A stretch of 64,000 bases of DNA from Caecitellus pseudoparvulus (lineage: Eukaryota; Protista; Bigyra: Bicosoecida). Shown here one piece after another: positions 11,889-21,332 of the stretch (position 1 is the stretch's first letter; each line of letters begins with the position of its first letter). The notes below the pieces were generated by a model. That model worked only from the letters and a program-made list of their open reading frames with translations, was not told the DNA's origin and ran no database searches. Where the stretch lies: contig CBFFRQ010000048.1 of assembly GCA_965644315.1 (NCBI GenBank), positions 1-64,000 of the forward strand, in the 5' to 3' direction. The position numbers and the translations under genes were made by a program.

Positions 11889-12331
11889 GCTGCGGTAATT
11901 GGCAGGAACGGCAGCTACTGCACAAGAGATGCAGGCGGGGCAGCTTGACCATCGGCTTTGACAAGTCAGTTACAAAGCCGACCTAGTCATCTGTCAGGTT
12001 CTGTCTGTTTTTAACTGGCAGGATACATGGCGCGCTCTTCTGTGTGCTCTTGGCGGGGTCGTCGTCCAGTTGCTCGTGCTGTGTTGCGTGAGGTGCGAAA
12101 CAGAGGCTCAAAAGCACAGTTTGGACACTACAAATACACCCCGCTAAGACGCACACACCCGGTGTCATTGTAGATGGGGCATGAGTTCTCTCCTTGACTC
12201 TGCTGGCTTCCATTCGACCTGTGCGAGCAGCGCTCACTCTTACCTCGCACCTGCTGCGGCCAGCAGAGCACGGCAGCTCGCGGTTGGCACCCTTGCAGGA
12301 CTCTCCAAGACCCCCGTAGTTTCCTCGCATC

Positions 12332-14191
12332 ATGCAGGAGGGTGGTGTGGATGTTTCCCGCGCAGTGGAGGAGTTGCGTGCGCTGCACCGCAAGCTCCAG
12401 GCGCTGCAAAGCCCGGCACAGTCTAAGCAATCACCCCGCCCGAAGCGGCCAACCAGCGCAAGCAAGCAGAGAGGCACCCCCCAAGGCCGTAGGCGCAAGG
12501 GCAGCTCCCCGGCACGTCCCCGTGGTGGCACTCCCTCCAAGGCAAGGCAGAGCCGCAGCCCTCGTGCGGATCTTGGTGTCGCTCAGCGACCCACTCAAAT
12601 CGCAGACACTCCCCGGGCAGACCAGGGCATGCAGCAGCTGCAGGCAGAACTGATAGACATGCGTGCCATGATGCAGCTGCTGCACGGGACAGTTGCGACA
12701 CTTGGCACTGCTGTGCAACACCTCACGCGGGCCGTGGATGGCCAGGCTGCAGTGGCAGCGTCGGAGCACGGCTCCACGCGGGGCGCTGTGGGCATCGTGC
12801 AGGAGCAGCTGCAGGAACTGCAAGGCAGCGTCCAGTACCTCACCAAGCAGCAGCACCACCTCGCACTCACTGCCCGCCAGGCGCAGCCGGTGCGTGCAGG
12901 CCCACCCACTTCCACCCCGCCGCCCGCCGAGTCTCTGGACGGTCCGCGCCGGGCAGTGCAGGAGGTAGTGACTGCAGCAGTGCGCGAGGAAGTGCAGGCT
13001 GCCTTGGAGCCCCTGATGCGAGCGGGCAGCCCCCTGGCCACCCTACCCCAGGCCCTCGCCGCTCAGGGCCAGGCTGTGCAGGCTGCCGTGCAGGAATCAG
13101 CCGCCTCGATACACGGCGCTGTGCAAGGCTATGCCCAGCAGACCGACCAGCGCGTGGAGGCGCTACACCAGCGCCTGGTGGCTATCGAGGGTGCAGCGAC
13201 GTCCAAGGACCAAGGGCTTTCGCGTGATGTCCTAGCGGAGGCGGTGAAGGGCGCCGTGTCCAGCGCGCTAGCGTCCCAGCTCCCCCCCCCGCAAGCTGTG
13301 CCACCGCCCCCCGTCATGCTGGACATTCCCGCTGTGGCAAAGGCAGTGAGCCAAGCCATGCTGCCGTCGCTGCGAGAGGCCGTGGCCCAGGCTGTGGGGC
13401 GGGCAGTGCAGGCTGGCATGGCTCAGGTGTCTGACGCACTCACCTCCGCAGTGTCGGAGGCACTCACAGACGCAGGGGCGCAGTCCGACAGCGAATCAAC
13501 CCGAGGGGAAAGCTCCCCTCCAGCGCAGTCAGCAGGATCAGCCAGCCCACGCCATGGGCGTGGCGCCGGTCCCCCTGCCGGGGATACGCAGCGACCGAGC
13601 GTGGCGCCCGTTTCCCCCGAGCTGGACGTGACGTCGCCTGCCAACCCACCGCCACCTCCGTCACCACCGCCACCACCAGTGGGTATTGAAGCGTCCCCCG
13701 TGCCCACTGGCTTGCTGGACCTGTCCTCTGTTTCGTCTGTGCGGGGTGGTGGGCCCATGCCCCCACCAGCCTCGCCTGGCGTTCAACCCGCCCCAGAAGC
13801 CCTGGATGCCCCCAGCACTCCACCTGGGCATAGCGCCTTTCACAGCTCGCCGGTGCAGCCGACGCCTGAACGAGGCAGTGCCGATTCGCTGCCACCCTCA
13901 GCCGGCGCCCCTCGGGCAGGTGGAGCCGAGCACCCGTCAGGGGTGGGCGCAGCACTGGGGAGCTATGTGAGTGGGTTCATCTCTGGCATGGGCCACGCCC
14001 TGTTTGACTCCAGCGGCAGCGACGTGGAGGACGGCGCCAGTGTGCGATCTGCTGCGCGGCCTGTTGGCTCAGCAGTGTTGGATGTGTCCAGTGGAGTGGT
14101 CACGCCGCCGGTGAAGCAGGAGCGAATGCCGGGCGGCAGACAGGCAGCGCCACCCCCACAAGGGACAACGTTGCATGCTTCGTGGGTGTAG
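12332..14191 (+). CDS. Hypothetical coiled-coil / Pro-rich protein
   Basis: Single 619-aa ORF with host-like codon usage, a basic N-terminus and heptad-like Q/L/A segments. Confidence 0.6.
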   Translation: MQEGGVDVSRAVEELRALHRKLQALQSPAQSKQSPRPKRPTSASKQRGTPQGRRRKGSSPARPRGGTPSKARQSRSPRADLGVAQRPTQIADTPRADQGMQQLQAELIDMRAMMQLLHGTVATLGTAVQHLTRAVDGQAAVAASEHGSTRGAVGIVQEQLQELQGSVQYLTKQQHHLALTARQAQPVRAGPPTSTPPPAESLDGPRRAVQEVVTAAVREEVQAALEPLMRAGSPLATLPQALAAQGQAVQAAVQESAASIHGAVQGYAQQTDQRVEALHQRLVAIEGAATSKDQGLSRDVLAEAVKGAVSSALASQLPPPQAVPPPPVMLDIPAVAKAVSQAMLPSLREAVAQAVGRAVQAGMAQVSDALTSAVSEALTDAGAQSDSESTRGESSPPAQSAGSASPRHGRGAGPPAGDTQRPSVAPVSPELDVTSPANPPPPPSPPPPPVGIEASPVPTGLLDLSSVSSVRGGGPMPPPASPGVQPAPEALDAPSTPPGHSAFHSSPVQPTPERGSADSLPPSAGAPRAGGAEHPSGVGAALGSYVSGFISGMGHALFDSSGSDVEDGASVRSAARPVGSAVLDVSSGVVTPPVKQERMPGGRQAAPPPQGTTLHASWV

Positions 14192-14358
14192 TGGGTTTCG
14201 GCCGCCCTTGGGGCGGGGTACGGGCGGCGTGGCAGAGGAGGACGCCAGTGTACAATTCACCCGCCCACGCCTCGACGCCCGTCAGTCAGCGCAGGCACAC
14301 ACTCGATCACAGGACTCCTGCTCAAGGCAGGTGTTTCAAGCAGCTCCCATCGGGTGCC

Positions 14359-16616
14359 ATGGCTGCTGACGCGAGTGCAGAGGCTTCGGCCGCCGCCCTG
14401 CTGGACGACGAGAGCGACGAGGAGGCTGACACGCAGCTCGAGCAGGAAGGTGGCGGCGACGGGCAAGAGGCAGTCGAAGCGGGGGATGTGGTGGTGGAGG
14501 GCGCAGGCGAAGAGGCTGAGGCTGATGTTGTCGTGGAGCAGGCCGTGGTGCCGGTTGCTGCAGACGACGCCCCCACAGACGGGGCAGCAGAGCCAGCCCC
14601 AGCTGGGGAGGGAATTTCCGCAACCTCGCCCTACGTCGGCGTCGTTCGCCTGCACGGCCTGCTTGCTGGCACTACAAACAAGGACATTGTGGAGTTTTTG
14701 GCCGTGGAGGGTGGTGTCTCCCTCGTTTCCGAGAGTGACGTCGTCTTTCAGCTGGAACAGCGGTGCGTGCCGTTTGAAGTTCCTACCCTCCCAGCACGCC
14801 AGTACGGCAGCCGCCCACCCCACGCTTCGCAGGGGAGCTGCCTTGGTGGGGCTTCGCAGCGCTGGGGACATCGAGGCTGCTCTGAAGCGGCACAAGGAGC
14901 ACATGGGCTCACGCTGGATTGCCGTGGAGAAAGCTGAGCTCATCGACGCCTTCAAAGGTGAGCGCTGGCGCTGGGGCCTCCATTCTCCCTGCCAGTCACC
15001 CTCCCTGCCACCCGCGCGCGCCAGACACGGACGCATCTCAGGACAGCATGTCTGCAGTGGCATTCTCCCTGCTACCTGGCAACGCGACGGCCGCGGCCCT
15101 GGCAGACTGGCTCGCCCCGCACGCCGTGAGCAGTGCCGTGCAAACGCCCATTGTGCTGCCTTCCGCTCTCCGTGCGCCTCGCAAGAAGCGGCGCCGACTG
15201 CCAGGCACCGCCATTGCCCTCATGACGGGACCAGACGTCGCTTCTGCCGCTGTGGCGGCCCTGCACAACACCAAGTTTGGGGACAAGGAGACCTCGCTGC
15301 GCGTCGCATCTGCGAGGGAGTTCGCACACGTCGCCAGCGTGGCACACGAGGCTGGCGCAGCTGCCGAAGAGCCAGACAAGGCCAAAGCGCAAGCAGATGC
15401 CCCCGCTGCCGCCGCAGAACCAGCCACAGAGCCCGCAGACCCAAACCCCAAGCGCTTCACATGCGTGCATGTGCGCGGCGTGCCGTTCAGCTTCAGCCGC
15501 CTGGACATCGTGGACTGGCTGCGGGGGAAGGATGCCCAGGGTGTCGCAGACGGCGGCCGGGCGGTGGTGCTGGCGAAGAACCGCAAGGGCAAGTCCCGCG
15601 GGGACTGCTACATCCGCCTCGTGTCTGCCGACGCAGCCACCGCCCTTCTGGCTCTGTCTGGTGCCAAGATGGGCACTCGCCCCGTGAAATTGCACCCAGT
15701 GAGCATTGGAGAGGCCGAGCGAGAGGTGGGCATGCCCCGTGAAGACCTGGGACCGGGGGGTGATGCGCCACCTTCACGAACACCGGCCCCGGCGCCAGGG
15801 CCACCCCCTCCCGCCCTGGCGGGTGCTGCAGACATCCCCGTGTCAGACGTGCCCAAGGCGTATGGGGGCCTCGTCATGGTGGGCGGCATCGGGCGCCGGT
15901 GTTCCCCTGAGGACCTGATCGCGGCGGCTGCGGCGGCAGGCTGGGAGGCGTTTCTGAACGACGTCTTCGTGCTGGGCACGCAGAACATGGCCAACTCAGG
16001 CGAAGCCATCATCCGCCTGCGCAACTGCAGCATGGAGCAGGCCAGCGCAGTGGCCGCCAAAGTGCAAACCGCAGGGGTGGGTGGCGTGGCTGTGCAGGCA
16101 CGACAGGTGTTCCAGGGCGACCTTGATGAAGCCCTGGACAGGGCAGTGGTGGTGGGCAGGACACGGTCCCCCGCCCGCGCCCTGCGTCTGCGAGGCTTGC
16201 CGTGGGAGGCCACCGAGACGGACGTGTTGAGCCTGTTTGCAGCAGGCGAGGGGCTGGCTGCGCCGAGCAGGGTGCATTTCATCCCCGACGACAGGCAGCC
16301 CAGCCGAGCCTCTGGCAGCGCTCTGGTGCTGTTCTTGGACGAGGCGCGCGCCAAGGCCGCCATGGCCCGCAACGGTGCCAAGGTGGCAGGCCGCTTCGTG
16401 GAGCTGTTCCGATTCTGCGAGGGTGACTTCGAAGCGCTGGTGGCGCCTGCAGGGCAGCCCCTGCCAACAGCTGCCTTGCCTGGTGGCCGGGACTTCGGCA
16501 GTGATGGAAGAGGCGACGGTGGTCGGGGTGGTGATGGGGGGTGGGGGCGTGGGCCCAGGGGCCCCTCCCGGTACGGACCCGAGGGGGGACGTCGTGGTGG
16601 CCGGCCTCGGCGTTGA
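14359..16616 (+). CDS. Multi-qRRM RNA-binding protein (hnRNP F/H, RBM12-like) with RGG tail; two introns near 14.76-14.83 and 14.96-15.04 kb
   Basis: VVRLHGL, MGSRWIAVE, VHVRGVPFS, LRLRGLPWEATETDVLSLF and GRFVELF, with a C-terminal RGG-rich tail. Confidence 0.8.
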
Positions 16617-16645
16617 CAATGCAGCGAGCTCGGAGGAAACCCGGC

Positions 16646-17414
16646 TCACTCCTCGCGCCTGGTGCGGTGTCGCAGCCGGGGACTACGACGCAAGTTTGAT
16701 GTGTCGTCTGCGACCTGCCCCTTCGGAGGCGTCGGCGGAGCTGGCGTCGTGCTCGGGGGATCGCTCACAGCGTGCTGGGACTCCTCCACGACGCCATCCT
16801 GCTGAATGAGCAAGACGCCCAACAGCATGGTGGTCGCTCCCAGCCACCATAACAGGGGAAGCTCCTCTGAAAAAACAATGATGGACAAGATGGCCTGCAA
16901 ACAGCAGCAGGGAAGGGTGTGCATGGCTCCTGAAACGGCAGCGAAACGCTGCTAACACACAGTCAAGAGAGTTTGAACAGTTGTGGTGAGCACGACGTGG
17001 GTAGTCGTGCCAGCCAGTCGCATGCCCTTGATCATGAAGTCCAGAGCAAGGCCATTCGTCGCTATCATGCCCCCGAAGCACGCCAGACTCAACGCCTTGG
17101 CAACCTGCACGTGTACCATGAACGCCCGTTGCACGGCACAGGGCGAGGTTGCTTTGGCAGCACAACTCACCCCGAAGCTAGCAGTCTCTGAGCAGCCCAC
17201 TGCTGAGCATAGCCATGTCACTGGCGGCGCAGTTTCACTGACATGGCCTCCAACCTGCAGAGCCAGGCCAGGCTGCGTGAGCTGTGCAGCGCTTGCGTCG
17301 GAGCCCCTGACGCACCGTTGCAAGAAAACCTCCAGCTGCATTCACAGCCCCACACTGCACGCTGGGGAGAAACCTTTGCAGGAACCCGACAGCTGCGTCG
17401 TTGCTCCCCGTCAT
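16646..17414 (-). CDS. TMEM42-like small multipass (EamA/DMT-related) protein, three introns
   Basis: Spliced product MTGSNDAAVG...NGLALDFMIKGMRLAGTT..VVLTTTVQTLLT/AILSIIVFSEELPLLWWLGATTMLLGVLLI. Confidence 0.65.
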
Positions 17415-17694
17415 GTGGGGTGCGATTCACGGCACGCCACACCCGTTGTTCTTCGCCGACCGCTGCCGTGTGTGCCAGGTTCTCCCGGCCGGCTACTGAC
17501 TTGCCTCAACAAATCACAAACACTCTACTGTCTTAGCAGCAACATGTACGCAATTGTTGGAAGTCGTGCTCTGGGCTTCGCCACTTGCTCTTCGCCCTCT
17601 CGACAGGGGGGCCACACCATCTGAGCGCGAGCCAGTCTGCGGCAGTTAGTCGGCAGCTCAGACCATTCGCTCACACGCCCGCAAGCAGTGCACC

Positions 17695-20600
17695 ATGTGG
17701 TTCTACGCATTCATGGGGCTGCTATTGCTCCTTGGTGCTGCCTGGTGGTACAACACGACGCAGACTGCGTGCGTTTCCGTGGGCCGCTCGCGTGCCCGCC
17801 TGCGGCATTTGATGGGACGCCACCTCCTTTCCGCCGCGCAGCAACGTGCATTATGTCGTGCGCCGAGTGCAAGAGTCACCAGTGCAGAGAGCTCCACGTG
17901 AGTAGAACGACCCTCTGCAGTCATTGCTGGTGTCAACTCCGTTTCTTTCCTTTGCAGGCGCCCGGTCTCCTTCCGTGCGAGGTGGCCGGCTTCCCAGCAC
18001 GTCAGCACTGGACCAGCCCCCTCCGCCAAGCCAGCCTAGCACGCCTCTCCGGGCGAGAACACCGAGCCGACACATTCCGAGCGAAGGCAGGCCTCGGAGG
18101 CGCAGCATTCGTCGGCGGCAGGCAGTCTTTGTCCCCCCCCCCTCCCCCGCCGTCGTCTCCAAGCAGCCAGCTGAGCAGGGTGGGTTGCACGCCGCCCTGC
18201 ACCGTCACGCCTCAGCACACCCATGCACCCATCGCACGCCTCACCCCCACAGAGGTGTCCTCTTTCACTGACATTGTCCCAACCGCCACCCCACAACCTG
18301 CCCGGCCCCGGCGCGTCCCCTCCTCCGCCCCTCGCCAGCTGACATCTGGCTGGGACGCCACCTACCGTGTGCCGACGCCCGGAGTCGTGAAGACCTCTGC
18401 AAGGCTCAGTCCGGACACGCAGACTGCACCCATGCCCGCTCCTGCCCCCGTCCCGCGTGCCCCTGTAGTGGCAGCAGCTCCTGCGCCGGCAGTGGAGCCC
18501 CTTGACGACGACACTGAAGACGAGCGGCTGGAGGCCGCTCAGCCAGTGCAGGCTCAGCTAGTAGCTGCTGCCGAAGCCGCCGACTCTGGCGAGGACGAGC
18601 AAGAAGATGTGGAGCTGCAGCACGGCGGCTCCTCCCCAAAATCTCGGCGCAAGCGCTCACGCACTGGGCGTGGGCGACAGGCTGGGCGCGCGACAGACGT
18701 GGAGCCTGACCAGGAGGCTGCCGAGGAAGGTGGCACCCGCCGAAAGACGCCGCGGCGCCGCACCGTTCCATCCCCTGCGCGGTCCCGGGCGTCCAGTGCC
18801 CGCCGATCAGCCCGCAAGCGGCGCAGCAGCACCGCTTTCGACCGCAGCCCAAGCTTGAGCTCGGGCTCCAGTGCCAGCCTGTCTGACTCGGATGTCGACC
18901 ATGCTTCAGCCAAGCGCTCACGCAGCAGGGCCAAGCGGCGCCGGCGCCACTCCACCGCCTCCTCTCGCGCCTTTGTGGATGGGAATGAGACGTACTACTT
19001 GGTGAAGGGGGACCCTGCGGCAGGCGCTGAGGCTGCTCGCTCCACTGCAGCAGCGCTGGTTTCGTTGATTAGCCAGGCCTCTGCGGCCAGCAGCACGGGC
19101 ATGGCTTCTGACTCGACTGCTTCTCTCATGAGCAGCTTGCTCCCAACGGCCTCTTCGACCACCGCAGAAGCGGCCGGCAGGTCCGCTGCCCCGTCCACCC
19201 GACGATTCAAGTCGTCTACATTGTCTGCCTCAGAGATGCCCGCACCAGCCGTGGCCCCGGTACCCGCATCTCTCCTCCCTGCTAGCCCCAAGCACACGGA
19301 GGAGCCGTCAAGCTTGAGTCTGCTGGCCACACTGGGAACAGGAAGCAGGCTGGAGGTCTCAACGTCTGCACCTGCACCAGCGACAAGTGAAGGCGCGAGC
19401 ACGAGTGGTGGCGGGAGTCTGCTGGGCGGTGGCGGGAGCTTGCTGGGCGGATCATCGGCACCGGCACCAGCACCAGCGACAAGTGAAGGCGCGAGCACGA
19501 GTGGTGGCGGGAGTCTGCTGGGCGGTGGCGGGAGCTTGCTGGGCGGATCATCGGCACCAGCACCAGCACCAGCACCAGCGACAAGTGAAGGCGCGAGCAC
19601 GAGTGGTGGCGGGAGTCTGCTGGGCGGTGGCGGGAGCTTGCTGGGCGGATCATCGGCACCAGCACCAGCACCAGCGACAAGTGAAGGCGCGAGCACGAGT
19701 GGTGGCGGGAGTCTGCTGGGCGGTGGCGGGAGCTTGCTGGGCGGATCATCGGCACCAGCACCAGCACCAGCACCAGCACCAGCGACAAGTGAAGGCGCGA
19801 GCACGAGTGGTGGCGGGAGTCTGCTGGGCGGTGGCGGGAGCTTGCTGGGTGGATCATCGGCACCGGCACCAGCACCAGCGACAAGTGAAGGCGCGAGCAC
19901 GAGTGGTGGCGGGAGTCTGCTGGGCGGTGGCGGGAGCTTGCTGGGCGGATCATCGGCACCAGCACCAGCACCAGCGACAAGTGAAGGCGCGAGCACGAGT
20001 GGTGGCGGGAGTCTGCTGGGCGGTGGCGGGAGCTTGCTGGGCGGATCATCGGCACCGGCACCAGCACCAGCGACAAGTGAAGGCGCGAGCACGAGTGGTG
20101 GCGGGAGTCTGCTGGGCGGTGGCGGGAGCTTGCTGGGCGGATCATCGGCACCAGCACCAGCACCAGCGACAAGTGAAGGCGCGAGCACGAGTGGTGGCGG
20201 GAATCTGTTTGGTGCTGTGACACCTGGTGGGGCCAGTGCGGGGGCGCCTGCTGCTGCTCCAGCGAGTGGTGGTGGTAGTCTGTTTGGTGCTGTGACACCT
20301 GGTGGGGCCAGTGCCGGGGCGCCTGCTGCGGCTCCAGCGAGTGGTGGTGGCAGTCTGTTCGGTGCTGTGACACCTGGTGGGGCCAGTGCCGGGGCGCCTG
20401 CTGCTGCTCCAGCGAGTGGTGGGGGTAGTCTGTTCGGTGCTGTGACACCTGGTGGGGCCAGTGCCGGGGCGCCTGCTGCGGCTCCAGCGAGTGGTGGGGG
20501 TAGTCTGTTCGGTGCTGTGACACCTGGTGGGGCCAGTGCCGGGGCGCCCGCCACGACGCCAGCGAGTGGGGGTGGTTTGTTCGGAGGTGCGAGTGGGACA

Positions 20601-21194
20601 CCTGGGGGAGCCATGAGTGACCAGAGCATGGGCGGAGGCAACCCTTTCGCTGGGATGGGGGGGCAGGGGAGCAGCGTGAGCTCTCTTGGAGGCCAGCAAA
20701 GTTCCTCTGGTTTGTTTGGCAGCTCTGGAATGCCCCAAGCATCTGTTGGGATGGGGGGTAGTGGAATGAGTGCTGGCATTGGTGGTGGAGGCATGAGCAG
20801 TGGTATGGGGGTTGGCGGTGGCGGCGGCATGGGTGGGGGGTTGATGGGTAGTGGAGGGATGGGCAGTGGTATGGGGGTCGGCGGTGGTGGTGGCGGCATG
20901 GGTGGGGGGTTGGCGGTTGGTGGAGGGGTGAGTAGCGGAATGGGGATGGCCGGCGGCAGCGGTATGGGCAGCGGCATGGGCAGCGGCATGGGCGTCGGCA
21001 TGATGGGTGGTGGAGGTGTTGGGGGCCAGGGCGCAGGCCTGATGGGGGCCCAAAGCAACAGCTTTGGAATGCCACCATCGACAACGGGTGTCCCTGCCAC
21101 GGCGAGCTCGCTGGGGTTCGGAGGCGGAGGTGCACAGAGTGGCCAGAAGGTGCAAAAACCAAGACGTGTAGTCAGGCGCAAGAGGAACAAGTGA
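17695..21194 (+). CDS. FG-nucleoporin-like protein with N-terminal TM helix; exons 17695-17768, 17842-17897, 17958-18179, 18253-21194
   Basis: Three canonical introns (73, 60, 73 nt) link MWFYAFMGLLLLLGAAWWY in frame to basic NLS-like clusters, SLLG/SLFG/GLFG repeats and the basic end PRRVVRRKRNK. Confidence 0.65.
19380..20200 (+). repeat. Coding tandem repeat, 8 full units of 96-108 nt plus a partial unit (ATSEGASTSGGGSLLGGGGSLLGGSS(AP)n)
   Basis: GCGACAAGTGAAGGC recurs at about 19380, 19476, 19578, 19674, 19782, 19878, 19974, 20070 and 20166. Unit length varies by GCACCA hexamers. Confidence 0.95.
20190..20585 (+). repeat. Coding tandem repeat, 5 x 75 nt (SGGGSLFGAVTPGGASAGAPAAAPA)
   Basis: GGTGCTGTGACACCTGGTGG at 20211, 20286, 20361, 20436 and 20511. 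Confidence 0.95.
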
Positions 21195-21332
21195 AGGTTT
21201 GGAATGCAACAGCCGTCACTCTAGCTGTGTGTCTTGTGTGTGAGGGTTGAAGGCTCCACAAGGCCAGCATGTTCGCCGGGTCAGACAAGGTATTTGGTCG
21301 TGGGGCATCGGTTGGCGAGGTGCAATTTCCGC

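Noticed and set aside
11890-12330. Possible ncRNA in the longer intergenic gaps (also 28600-29080, 43150-43430)
   Set aside because: No recognisable tRNA, snRNA or snoRNA motifs; more simply promoter/UTR sequence. An Rfam scan would settle it.
19380-20585. CRISPR-like periodic array
   Set aside because: No unique spacers; units are in-frame coding multiples of three in a eukaryotic gene; no cas genes.
18995-21190. Long antisense and alternate-frame ORFs over the repeat
   Set aside because: They are shadows of a stop-free GC-rich tandem repeat.
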